From IMG/VR virus record IMGVR_UViG_3300047550_003584, positions 12,777 to 76,776 of that record: a DNA stretch of 64,000 nucleotides; one strand, written 5' to 3'. This DNA comes from a virus. Shown piece by piece: positions 8,492 to 17,080 of this stretch. The translations under genes were made by a program, and so were the position numbers. Numbering within the stretch: the stretch's first letter is position 1; each line of letters opens with the position of its first letter. The notes beneath the pieces are model-generated. The model was not told where the DNA came from. It saw only the letters and a list, made by a program, of their open reading frames with translations, and did no database searches.

Positions 8492-8779
8492 ATGGAACAA
8501 GCTAAGAAGTATCCAGCAATTGACTGGACCAAAAATGAGTACCATCAACTGCAGCTGGTAGTTGATGCACTCAAAGCCATTTGTGCTCGCGAAGATAAAC
8601 GTCATCAAATGGACGAGCATCTCGATCCACACATGCGTAACGTTATCGATGAAGTGATCGGTATGTTAAGCGATGAGCTTGACTACGATCCAACGCCTAA
8701 CGAACCTGGTGAACCACCCATGACAATGAATGAAATGCACAGCGCTGCATGGAAAGAACATCAGGAGATGCATCGGTAA
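8492..8779 (+). CDS. Hypothetical protein
   Basis: MEQAKKYP...GEPPMTMNEMHSAAW. Confidence 0.75.
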   Translation: MEQAKKYPAIDWTKNEYHQLQLVVDALKAICAREDKRHQMDEHLDPHMRNVIDEVIGMLSDELDYDPTPNEPGEPPMTMNEMHSAAWKEHQEMHR

Positions 8780-8797
8780 CAGCCGACCAGGGGGACT

Positions 8798-8811
8798 AGT
8801 ACATAAGTACT
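8798..8811. promoter_or_regulatory. Cyanobacterial LexA-box-like palindrome
   Basis: AGTAC-ATAA-GTACT matches RGTACNNNDGTWCB; intergenic. Confidence 0.5.
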
Positions 8812-8924
8812 TCCCCCCTCAAACTCCCCCGTTGGAGCACCAGGGAATCCTTGGATTTATATAGGAAATACTTATGTCCCAATCCTTGACTTCTCTGGTA
8901 TTTATATCTAATTAACCTTTGATC

Positions 8925-9428
8925 ATGACACACCTTCCATTGCCTTCACTTGATTGGCTTAAGCAATATCTTGCTGTTGATCCAAGTCAGCCTAGTGGTT
9001 TGATCTGGATCAAGAACTATGCCAACAGGAAGGCGCAAACAATGGCAGGTTCCGTGAATACAAACGGATATTATCAAGTCAGAATCAAAGGTAAACTTTA
9101 CCTAACTCATAGAATCATTTATTTTTTACTAAACGAGAGAGACCCAGCTGACCAGGTTGTTGATCATGTTTACTCCAAAGCTAATCATGTAGATGTTCGT
9201 TGCGCAAACTATGTTCAGAATTCTTTCAACTCTAAACATCAAGCGACTGTTACATCGAGTGATTACAAAGGAGTTACATGGGATCGCAACAAATGGAAGG
9301 CTCGTATTTCCTATGGAGGAATAACTTATGACTTAGGAAGATTCGATGATGAAATCAAAGCTGCTCAAGCATATGACCTCAAAGCTGTCGAGCTTGATCC
9401 AGAGTTTGCATTTCTTAACTTTCCATGA
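8925..9428 (+). CDS. HNH endonuclease with AP2 domain
   Basis: HRIIY..VVDH..N..N; YKGVTW..KWKARI..LGRFDDEIKAAQAYD. Confidence 0.9.
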   Translation: MTHLPLPSLDWLKQYLAVDPSQPSGLIWIKNYANRKAQTMAGSVNTNGYYQVRIKGKLYLTHRIIYFLLNERDPADQVVDHVYSKANHVDVRCANYVQNSFNSKHQATVTSSDYKGVTWDRNKWKARISYGGITYDLGRFDDEIKAAQAYDLKAVELDPEFAFLNFP

Positions 9429-9480
9429 GGGGCTTGCGCTCCCTGGTAGACTTACCTCGTTACTCAACTCATCTCAACTC

Positions 9481-9690
9481 ATGACTGACAACACTCCTTG
9501 CATACCAGACTCCATGGATATGCAAAGACTTCAAGCTATGCAACTTGTTGCCAAGATGAAGGAATCTGCAGAGAGACATGGCATTGGATTCATTGGTGGA
9601 TTCATCTCACCTAACGGTGAGAAGTTTGTAATGACCAACATGACAAACGATGATGACATCAATGCACTAATGCCGGAGGATCTCAAATGA
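9481..9690 (+). CDS. Hypothetical protein
   Basis: MTDNTPCIPDS..., CTCAACTC leader. Confidence 0.75.
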   Translation: MTDNTPCIPDSMDMQRLQAMQLVAKMKESAERHGIGFIGGFISPNGEKFVMTNMTNDDDINALMPEDLK

Positions 9691-9926
9691 CTCAACAACA
9701 CCCTGTTGTTCCAACCAAATATCTATTTGATGCTTGGCGTCAACAATACATAGAACATGAGAAAGACTTTAGTGAACTTCTTACTGAAGCTGCACAGTGG
9801 GGTGCAGATATTGAATTAGAAGAATGCTGTGCATTATTCAAATCTAATTCGGTATGTGGCACCAAGTTCCAACGTGACTCTTCTGTGCGGGATCTACGCA
9901 ATAAACGTAGACCGAAACCGAAGTAA
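9687..9926 (+). CDS. Modular 'QHP..P / AAQWGAD.EL / RRPKP' family protein, copy 1
   Basis: Shares blocks with 15031 and 17397. Confidence 0.8.
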   Translation: MTQQHPVVPTKYLFDAWRQQYIEHEKDFSELLTEAAQWGADIELEECCALFKSNSVCGTKFQRDSSVRDLRNKRRPKPK

Positions 9927-9993
9927 ACAACATTGACAGTATCAATTACTGGTACTGAAGATGAACTTGAACAACTCATTCGTAAACTCAAAG

Positions 9994-10191
9994 ATGACCG
10001 ACAAATCTCCGTTAAATTTTGACAAGACTATTGCTGGATTCAACGTCACTGAAAAGGGCGTTCAATCGTACAGCAAATCGTTTCAACTTGGTCCGTTTCA
10101 ACTCACACTCAATGCTCGTGAGTCTGGTGTCCGTGGATCAATCAGTATCCCTGGCACAGGATTAAGCAAACGAAACATTAAATTATTCTAA
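9994..10191 (+). CDS. DUF4236-like small protein
   Basis: KSFQLGPFQLTLN...GSISIPGTGLS. Confidence 0.6.
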   Translation: MTDKSPLNFDKTIAGFNVTEKGVQSYSKSFQLGPFQLTLNARESGVRGSISIPGTGLSKRNIKLF

Positions 10192-10192
10192 A

Positions 10193-10228
10193 GATCCTGG
10201 GCATCCTTACGGTGTAAGTCCCAGATCC
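10193..10228 (+). repeat. Family B element (B5, minimal)
   Basis: CTGGG-CATC-CTTAC-GGTG-TAAGT-CCCAG. Confidence 0.8.
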
Positions 10229-10251
10229 CGTCCACTTACTCAACTCAACTC

Positions 10252-10437
10252 ATGTCTGCTTACGTCGAGAACCTTACCCTGTTTGATCGCATCAATCTTG
10301 CTGCCTGCGCACAACGCAGGGCATCAGCAAATGTGTTGGATTCAACACGATTTAAAGGCGAGTTTGACACGGCACGTCTGTGGACTAAGTATCGCCTTGT
10401 CAAGACCACTACCTATTCCTACATCGAGGACAACTAA
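10252..10437 (+). CDS. Hypothetical protein
   Basis: 61 aa, CAACTCAACTC leader. Confidence 0.7.
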   Translation: MSAYVENLTLFDRINLAACAQRRASANVLDSTRFKGEFDTARLWTKYRLVKTTTYSYIEDN

Positions 10438-10688
10438 TGACAGTACTTGCTATTGAACACACATCATTTACTGAGACTCATGTCACAGTTACAGCAGTTG
10501 TTGACGAAATGCGCCTGCTCTATCGGGCAACTTACCTTGACCCTGAAGAGTGGGCTCCTGCATTGTGTCAAGCAACTATTGAACTGGATCCAGAGGAACC
10601 GATTCCTCTTGACGAAGATGGCTTCTGCAGTTATCTTGATCAGCTCGATCCTCAATGGGAATTACTAGACAAGGATGACATCGAATGA
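10437..10688 (+). CDS. Hypothetical acidic protein
   Basis: ATYLDPEEWAPALC motif; coupled stop/start. Confidence 0.75.
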   Translation: MTVLAIEHTSFTETHVTVTAVVDEMRLLYRATYLDPEEWAPALCQATIELDPEEPIPLDEDGFCSYLDQLDPQWELLDKDDIE

Positions 10689-10867
10689 TTGGATTCTCAA
10701 TTGAATTCAAACGTTGGTACTTTGTACTACGTGGTCCTAAAGGTCGCGTCTATCTAGCTACTGGCTTTGCTAAGCACATGCCAGTATTTGTTAATAACCG
10801 TAGCATTCATCTTCATGATCTTACTGATGATGATATGAGTTACGGCACTTATCGTTGCGACCTTTAG
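10685..10867 (+). CDS. Hypothetical protein
   Basis: ATGA overlap with the previous gene. Confidence 0.65.
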   Translation: MIGFSIEFKRWYFVLRGPKGRVYLATGFAKHMPVFVNNRSIHLHDLTDDDMSYGTYRCDL

Positions 10868-10872
10868 TTAAT

Positions 10873-10901
10873 CGTCCTGGACATGACGTTAAACTGTCCA
10901 G
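10873..10901 (+). repeat. Family A element (A2)
   Basis: CGTC-CTGGACAT-GACG-TTAAAC-TGTCCAG. Confidence 0.85.
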
Positions 10902-10920
10902 TTCAATTACATTTTGCCCA

Positions 10921-11220
10921 ATGGAAATCAATTCTCCAACACCTCCTTTAGATCTTGTCAATGATTGGATGACGCATTGGTATGACGACAACCAAACAGA
11001 TGAACTGCAATATGTGTACGTTACAAACAAAGCTGCAATGTGGGGTGCCATCTGGGGTGCTACCAATGCTTTGGAAACAGCTATCAAAGACACGGCACCT
11101 GTTCATTGGCGTGTAGCAGGTGGCGCAGAAGATGGCCAACAGGTAGTGCGTGTTATTGATCTAATGGAATGGCTTGAACAATTCCGCAAAGAATACGAAG
11201 AAAAGATGTCTTGTAATTAA
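10921..11220 (+). CDS. Divergent/chimeric member of the TPP..LV..W / AA.WGA family
   Basis: TPPLDLVNDW...KAAMWGA, then an unrelated C-terminus. Confidence 0.75.
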   Translation: MEINSPTPPLDLVNDWMTHWYDDNQTDELQYVYVTNKAAMWGAIWGATNALETAIKDTAPVHWRVAGGAEDGQQVVRVIDLMEWLEQFRKEYEEKMSCN

Positions 11221-11225
11221 TCAAC

Positions 11226-11253
11226 CGTCCTGGACATGACGTTAAACTGTCCA
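11226..11253 (+). repeat. Family A element (A3), identical to A2 over 28 bp
   Basis: CGTCCTGGACATGACGTTAAACTGTCCA. Confidence 0.85.
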
Positions 11254-11280
11254 TTCCACCACACACCACCACACCATGCA

Positions 11281-11823
11281 ATGAAACCTAGGCCACTTCC
11301 ACCTGTTGACTACTTGCAACAAATGTTTTATCTAGATACAACATCTCCTAGTGGTTTACGTTGGCTTAAAGCGCCAAGTGCCTGGACCAAAGCTAACTCT
11401 GTTGCAGGTGTTCAACGTACTAAAGATCATTACTGGCGTGTTCGCTGGAAGTATCAAGGTAAAGCGGTGGATTACATGGCTCATCGGATTGTGTATGCAC
11501 TACAACATGGCTCTGATCCAGGGGATATGTTCGTAGATCATATACACAATGACAAAGACAACAACAAACCATTGCGATTGGCTACTAAATTACAAAACTC
11601 ACATAATCGTAACGGTCGCAAAAACACAAGCAGCATTTACAAAGGTGTCTGTTTAATTAAAGCGACTGGTCGATGGCGTGCATCCATTCGTGTTGATAAA
11701 CAATTCAAACACATTGGTGTGTACGCAACACAAGAAGAAGCAGCCTTGGCTTACAACCAAGCTGCTTTGCTAAACTTTGGTGAGTTTGCTCGCCTTAATC
11801 AAATCAATTCAACCGAGAACTAA
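11281..11823 (+). CDS. HNH endonuclease with AP2 domain
   Basis: AHRIVY..VDHIHNDKDNN..LRLAT..QN..N; YKGV..WRASI..IGVYATQEEAALAYN. Confidence 0.92.
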   Translation: MKPRPLPPVDYLQQMFYLDTTSPSGLRWLKAPSAWTKANSVAGVQRTKDHYWRVRWKYQGKAVDYMAHRIVYALQHGSDPGDMFVDHIHNDKDNNKPLRLATKLQNSHNRNGRKNTSSIYKGVCLIKATGRWRASIRVDKQFKHIGVYATQEEAALAYNQAALLNFGEFARLNQINSTEN

Positions 11824-11825
11824 TC

Positions 11826-13562
11826 ATGCAATTTGCTCTACCATCTAATCTGCAAACTGAACTGATTGCCTATGATCCAACGCTCAAGGTGTTGGCTAAG
11901 CAAGCTAACAAACCTGCAGCCAAGAAACCTACATATCCACTTGGCAAGATTCCTTGCTTGATACCAACGCATATTGTGCGTGAAGCTGATCAGCAAGATG
12001 TAATTGCTCAGATCAATCAGCGTCCAGCACCACAGCGTTATCAAGTGTTTACTACGCCTGTAGATGTAGCAACACCACAGGCTAGGCTTAAGGTCATTGC
12101 CATCCTGTATCACTACGAACAAGTGTGGTATGCAGCATGGCTACCTTCTAAAAAGGAGAAGGATGATTATGTGTTTGGTCATGCATATGCATTCAAGAAC
12201 ACATCAACTACACATAAAATTGCGCCAACTTGGATATGGAATAGTAAAGATGATTGCGTTGTCCACGACATTGGTCGTGGCTCACAACTCTTTGTGCATA
12301 GCAAAGTTGTAACTAAAGCAGATATCTGTGGTCAAAACTATGATAGCTGGCGTAGTTATCCATGGCGAGCAGGTAACCTTTACTGCCAGAAGGGTTATAC
12401 AATTCGTGACAATGTTGTTACTGAATTTGATAACAGCCTAAGGGAAGATCTCCCAACATGGGAGGATTCACGTGGATTGTTTGACAGAATACGCTGCAAG
12501 AATATCTTTGATGCAGCAGAAATACCGTCAATGATGTCAAAACATCTTGACGAAACTCAAGGCTTGACTGTTGATAACTTCATTGCTGGTTCACTTGCAT
12601 TCAAAGAAGAGCATGGTTATAGCTCCATAACATACTCTATTGTCACGAGGATTCAGCACATTGTCGCTAAACCTACTATCAAGAAACTATTGCAAGCAGA
12701 GTTGAATCGTAGTATTGATGCATACAATGATCCTAATAACAAACATCAGCAACCTATTAAGCAAGGCTTTTTAACTTTTGTACAGATTCTTAACTCAATT
12801 GAGTGGATCAATAACATTTGGCCAGACTGCCCTATTGATTACTATCAGACTTACTTCAAGGAACTCAAGTATCTTCGCTTGACTGAAGTACGTGTACGCA
12901 ACGGAGCTACACAAGAACCTTGTTTAATTAATTGGTTACGTGCGCACATGCCTATTGCATCATTGTTTACAATCATGCGCAAGTACTTGGATAGACAACT
13001 TACTGAATACAATGGTCGCTGGGTTGATAGTGATGTTGGTTACCAGCGTCAACGCTTTGGTGAACTAAACGATACATTCTCCATGATGAGTAAGATCTTG
13101 GATGCAGGTAAAACACTAGAGCCACCAAAGCGTTGGCGACTGACTGAGTTCCATGACTACGTGCAATCTGAGGCATGGAAGATTGAGAATCCAAAGGAAT
13201 CTTTACGGCAAGATTTATTCCCTGAACCTATTAAAGTCAAGCGTCTTGATAATGTATGGACATTCTTCCAGCCTATTGATACACATCAACTATCTATGTG
13301 GGGTCAAGCCGTACGCAATTGCGTTGGCTCTGCATCCCACTATGCGGATGACATCAAGAAACGTAAGCACTTCATTGTGCTGTGCATGATTGATAGCAAG
13401 CCCACCTTCACAATTCAATTGGTTGTGGACCAGGGCATGATGTCTGTCAAACAGATTGCTGGTGTTGGTAACCAGCGATTGACTGACGACCAACGTGAAG
13501 CTTACACAGAAGCTTTCCGTGAGGTCTTGCAGCAACGCGAGAAACAGCTAGCATGTAGCTGA
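11826..13562 (+). CDS. PcfJ-domain protein
   Basis: C-terminal FHD..., QPIDTHQLSMWGQAVRNCVGS..Y...TFTIQL...QIAGVGN pattern typical of PcfJ-like domains. Confidence 0.7.
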   Translation: MQFALPSNLQTELIAYDPTLKVLAKQANKPAAKKPTYPLGKIPCLIPTHIVREADQQDVIAQINQRPAPQRYQVFTTPVDVATPQARLKVIAILYHYEQVWYAAWLPSKKEKDDYVFGHAYAFKNTSTTHKIAPTWIWNSKDDCVVHDIGRGSQLFVHSKVVTKADICGQNYDSWRSYPWRAGNLYCQKGYTIRDNVVTEFDNSLREDLPTWEDSRGLFDRIRCKNIFDAAEIPSMMSKHLDETQGLTVDNFIAGSLAFKEEHGYSSITYSIVTRIQHIVAKPTIKKLLQAELNRSIDAYNDPNNKHQQPIKQGFLTFVQILNSIEWINNIWPDCPIDYYQTYFKELKYLRLTEVRVRNGATQEPCLINWLRAHMPIASLFTIMRKYLDRQLTEYNGRWVDSDVGYQRQRFGELNDTFSMMSKILDAGKTLEPPKRWRLTEFHDYVQSEAWKIENPKESLRQDLFPEPIKVKRLDNVWTFFQPIDTHQLSMWGQAVRNCVGSASHYADDIKKRKHFIVLCMIDSKPTFTIQLVVDQGMMSVKQIAGVGNQRLTDDQREAYTEAFREVLQQREKQLACS

Positions 13563-13613
13563 GTCCGCACGGCTTACCAGCCTTAGCCTCGATACTAGGG
13601 CTGGTTTCTACCC

Positions 13614-13835
13614 ATGACTGACTACACCGACGATCAGCTACTTGCCATGGCTATGGCCAACATTGGTGAGTACATCACGGACAACTCACCACAGTACATC
13701 TTGATTGAAGAAGATCCTCGCAATGAGGATGATTACGATAGCTGGACTTACGGAATGGAAGTCCTACCTCAAGACCACACTTGGCAGTCAGATTCAATTG
13801 ACGTAAGTCCAAGTGATGCAGACATGGCGGAATAG
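13614..13835 (+). CDS. Small acidic protein; stop codon lies inside tRNA-Leu
   Basis: 73-aa ORF; TAG at 13833-13835. Confidence 0.7.
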   Translation: MTDYTDDQLLAMAMANIGEYITDNSPQYILIEEDPRNEDDYDSWTYGMEVLPQDHTWQSDSIDVSPSDADMAE

Positions 13836-13903
13836 GTAGACGCAACGGACTTAAAATCCGTAGGCCATTGGCCGTGAGAGTTCAAGTCTCTCTGTCTGTA
13901 CCA
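13818..13903 (+). tRNA. trnL: tRNA-Leu(UAA) with encoded CCA
   Basis: GCAGACA/TGTCTGT acceptor, ACGGA-CTTAAAA-TCCGT anticodon arm, long variable arm, GAGAG-TTCAAGT-CTCTC T arm, ACCA. Confidence 0.95.
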
Positions 13904-13924
13904 ACCCACAATCAATTCAAAACC

Positions 13925-14287
13925 ATGCAAATCTTTGCAGCTTTCAAGCACATCATCCCTGAGTTCCATGCATTCAGTGATGAAGACAAGCGTTACAACA
14001 TTGGTGCTACTTGGACTGATGGCGATGGCTTGCGTGACTTCCACAATCTTGAGATGCGGTATGTCCGTAACTCAGAGCGTCTTGCTCTCCAAGGGGAGCC
14101 TCAACCTGATGGGTCATGGAAGTACGTAGAGCCCAACGGCAACACGCATGTCATCTCAGCGGACCGTGCACGTCACTTCATGGAGACGACTCAAGCTCAT
14201 GCCAGCATGATGTGTGACATGCTTGAACGCCTCAAGAAGGCTGGTCTCTATGACAAGTTCATTGACACTGAAGCCAAGCCCGCCTAA
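13925..14287 (+). CDS. Hypothetical protein
   Basis: MQIFAAFKHIIPEF... Confidence 0.75.
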   Translation: MQIFAAFKHIIPEFHAFSDEDKRYNIGATWTDGDGLRDFHNLEMRYVRNSERLALQGEPQPDGSWKYVEPNGNTHVISADRARHFMETTQAHASMMCDMLERLKKAGLYDKFIDTEAKPA

Positions 14288-14305
14288 GCTTACAACGGAA
14301 TGTTC

Positions 14306-14333
14306 GGCCCCTGCGCAAGCGGGGGTCTTTCTC
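14306..14333 (+). terminator. Rho-independent terminator
   Basis: GGCCCCTGC-GCAA-GCGGGGGTC-TTTCT. Confidence 0.65.
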
Positions 14334-14334
14334 T

Positions 14335-14658
14335 ATGACAAACGACACCATTGATCTTGATCTTGTTGACAAAACAATTGAGTTGATACCAGAGAGAGCT
14401 TGGTCTCAGGTAAGACAAACGATTGTTACAGCCTTGGTTGACAACATGCCGGGGTCTGTAGTTGAACGTTTAACTGGTTCTTATGATGACTTTGATCAAG
14501 CAGAAAAATTTTTATTTGATTACTACGAATTGCCTCAAAAGAAATGTGAGTTAATTATTGATTCATTTAAGATCATGGGCGCATTTAATTGCCTTGAACT
14601 ACTAAATACATTGAACCTATCTGCTGAAGATGGTATTTCAGAAACCAATCCTTCCTAA
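14335..14658 (+). CDS. Hypothetical protein
   Basis: 107-aa ORF. Confidence 0.75.
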   Translation: MTNDTIDLDLVDKTIELIPERAWSQVRQTIVTALVDNMPGSVVERLTGSYDDFDQAEKFLFDYYELPQKKCELIIDSFKIMGAFNCLELLNTLNLSAEDGISETNPS

Positions 14659-15034
14659 TTGTCCTCAATGTAATCAACCTGCACTCAAAATTATTGATTC
14701 AAGAAAGACTGGTTTATCCACCAGGCGTCGCAAAGAATGTGAATGCTGTAGCTACAGGGTTACAACCCATGAAGTAACAGCAGACTTCTTTGAAGAAGCT
14801 AAGCGCAATCTCTATCTTGTTGAACAGTTTCACAAACTTATGACAAATCAACCACTCACATCCGGGGTGGAACCACCCCCGTCTGGAGTGAGTGCATCTG
14901 AATTCAAGGCACTCAACAAATGCAGTGACTGCCAGCACAACATTGATGGTTGTCACTGTGCCTTTGACTTTCCTGAGTACGACACTGCTGAGTCGTACGA
15001 CTGCAATCACTTTCAACTTTGGAAATCGAAATGA
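14630..15034 (+). CDS. NrdR-like zinc-ribbon protein (no ATP cone)
   Basis: CPQC..IIDSR..RRRKECECCSYRVTTHE, plus a C-terminal Cys cluster. Confidence 0.75.
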   Translation: MVFQKPILPNCPQCNQPALKIIDSRKTGLSTRRRKECECCSYRVTTHEVTADFFEEAKRNLYLVEQFHKLMTNQPLTSGVEPPPSGVSASEFKALNKCSDCQHNIDGCHCAFDFPEYDTAESYDCNHFQLWKSK

Positions 15035-15378
15035 CACAAGAACATCCCATTACCCCACCGCCTGAGCTGGTGCGACAGTGGCTTGGTGAGTTCTTCGGCT
15101 GCACGGTTAGCGGTGAGCTGAGTGATTCAGAGCGTTTTCTTGCCACCCGCGCCGCCCAATGGGGCGCGGACAAGGAGCTTTTGGCTTGTGGCAACTACCT
15201 CAAACAGTGCGCTGTATGGGAAGAAGAGGATGTGACCGAGTTCTATAACTATCGCCGCCCCAAGCCACCGAGCTTGAAAGAGCAAGCGCTAAAAGAGATA
15301 AAAGAACTTGCGCGTGAAGCTGTTACAGGCTGTAATCTTGACATTCTGGAACGCGCTATTAAATCAATTCCTGATTAA
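15031..15378 (+). CDS. Modular MTQEHPITPPPELV family protein, copy 2
   Basis: Paralog of 17397-17729. Confidence 0.85.
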   Translation: MTQEHPITPPPELVRQWLGEFFGCTVSGELSDSERFLATRAAQWGADKELLACGNYLKQCAVWEEEDVTEFYNYRRPKPPSLKEQALKEIKELAREAVTGCNLDILERAIKSIPD

Positions 15379-15382
15379 TTCC

Positions 15383-15685
15383 ATGACAACCAAACGCCAG
15401 TACGACTACACCATTGGGGATCGCGTAGCAGAGCGTCCCAAAGCGCATGGCATTTTTGCTGTACGCAATGAAACTAAAGAACGCATCCAGCAGTACAGAA
15501 GCCAACGCTATGGCACTGTTGTTGGTATCAACTTAAAACCAAACAAGTCAGGAGCTAAGCAGAAGTTTTTGCTTGTGAAATGGGATCACCTCAAGTCACC
15601 CACTGAACATGCACAGATGAGGATCTGTCCTGCTGATCAGCTCCAGCGGTTACAATCTGAAGGCTATGGCTTTGAGGTAGAGTGA
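15383..15685 (+). CDS. Hypothetical protein (SH3-like)
   Basis: YTIGDRVAE...RYGTVV...LVKWD. Confidence 0.75.
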   Translation: MTTKRQYDYTIGDRVAERPKAHGIFAVRNETKERIQQYRSQRYGTVVGINLKPNKSGAKQKFLLVKWDHLKSPTEHAQMRICPADQLQRLQSEGYGFEVE

Positions 15686-15891
15686 TAAATCACAGAACTA
15701 GCATGATTTTTCAGGCTATTGCGTGGGGTTTAATCTTTGGAACATTCATTGTACTTTTTATTGCAATGATCTTTGATACGCCAGAGACAACTAAGGAAAA
15801 ATTCAAAGTTGTTGACAGCTACAAAGGTTGCGATATTGTTCAGTACACTGATCCATCTCAGCGTTACCAGTACTTCCTGCACTGCTCATGA
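15682..15891 (+). CDS. Small membrane protein
   Basis: TM plus FKVVDSYKGCDIVQY...YFLHC, a common cyanophage motif. Confidence 0.75.
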   Translation: MINHRTSMIFQAIAWGLIFGTFIVLFIAMIFDTPETTKEKFKVVDSYKGCDIVQYTDPSQRYQYFLHCS

Positions 15892-16526
15892 ACGTACAAC
15901 TTACTTGGGCAACGCCCAATGCAGAAGAAATGATCGTCAAGATGGCACGAGTTTCTGCACCCAAGAACCAAGACAACATGGATACAGCTTTACGGTTGTT
16001 ACGGTATCTGATCAAGCATTCCCACTGGAGTCCGTTTGAGATGGCGGGGATGTGTGTAGAGATTGAAACCACGCGTGCAATCTCACAACAAATTCTTCGT
16101 CATCGGTCATTCTCATTCCAGGAATTTAGTCAGCGTTATGCAGACACCAATGAACTGGGCTCAGCTGTTATTCCACATCTACGTAGACAAGATCAAAAGA
16201 ACAGGCAAAACAGTATTGATGACTTATCTCCTGATCTTGTTGGTAATTATTATCGACGCATTAGTGAACTGTACGAGAACTCAGAACATCTGTATCGTGA
16301 GATGGTAAGCAATGGTATTGCTAAAGAATGTGCTAGGTTTATTTTGCCACTTTCGACACAGACCCGTTTGTTCATGAACGGTACACTCAGATCGTGGATC
16401 CACTATCTTGATCTTCGTTGCTCCAATGGAACCCAACTCGAACACCAACAAATTGCCAGAGAAATCAAAAGAATCTTCTGCAAAGAATTCCCCATCATTG
16501 GAGAAGCAGCCTTTGCAGAAGACTGA
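15888..16526 (+). CDS. thyX: Flavin-dependent thymidylate synthase
   Basis: HWSPFE, RHRSFSFQEFSQRY, ARFILP, LRSWIHYLDLR. Confidence 0.97.
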   Translation: MNVQLTWATPNAEEMIVKMARVSAPKNQDNMDTALRLLRYLIKHSHWSPFEMAGMCVEIETTRAISQQILRHRSFSFQEFSQRYADTNELGSAVIPHLRRQDQKNRQNSIDDLSPDLVGNYYRRISELYENSEHLYREMVSNGIAKECARFILPLSTQTRLFMNGTLRSWIHYLDLRCSNGTQLEHQQIAREIKRIFCKEFPIIGEAAFAED

Positions 16527-16658
16527 TGAACTTAAGCAGTGGCGATCAGAAGGTCGCGGCGCTTTGTTTTTTTAATTCAGTGGTGGCATGCTTGGACTCC
16601 ACATCCTTGCGTGCCAGCTTTTTCCGTTTGTCCACCAGGTAGACGATCAGTGCTTTGT

Positions 16659-16811
16659 TCATTCGATTTGTCCTCCAGTGACGTAAGGAAAGTAGCAGAT
16701 GTTACGGTAAGTCAGGCAAAGCCAGGGACGGTGGGCTAAGTTCCACCAAGCTCTGTCTTTTTGAGCCTGCTCCTCTTGGTTGTACTTGCAACCACGATAC
16801 GTTAACGTCAT
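16659..16811 (-). CDS. DUF4278-like small protein
   Basis: MTLTYRGCKY...LTYRNICY; two (L)TYRGxxY-type repeats; isolated minus-strand gene. Confidence 0.7.
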   Translation of the reverse strand: MTLTYRGCKYNQEEQAQKDRAWWNLAHRPWLCLTYRNICYFPYVTGGQIE

Positions 16812-16818
16812 GGGTTCT

Positions 16819-16842
16819 GTATCTATTGATACGGAAAGTATA
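16819..16842 (-). promoter_or_regulatory. -10 box TATACT with adjacent NtcA-type site GTA-N8-TAC
   Basis: GTATCTATTGATAC at 16819-16832; TATACT (minus) at 16842-16837. Confidence 0.55.
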
Positions 16843-16897
16843 TGACGATTGATGTATGTGATGTTGTTCACCTTGTAACACAACACCAAACAATCTC

Positions 16898-17080
16898 ATG
16901 ACACTTCTTGTTAATCGAATGGATGATGATTGGAGCGAAGATTATCCAGATGAAATGTTTGAATTTGGATCTCAGTTTATGTACATGAGTGGCTATGACT
17001 CTTATCTAGATCTTGATTCGTTAATGGTTTTACTTTGGAAAATGAATCAACGTATTAAGGAGTTGGAAAACAAGCAATGA
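16898..17080 (+). CDS. Hypothetical protein
   Basis: 60-aa ORF. Confidence 0.65.
   Translation: MTLLVNRMDDDWSEDYPDEMFEFGSQFMYMSGYDSYLDLDSLMVLLWKMNQRIKELENKQ

Noticed and set aside
16812-16897. Glutamine riboswitch upstream of the DUF4278-like gene
   Set aside because: No CGTTCA...GGAACG-type motif, and the predicted leader is only about 20 nt
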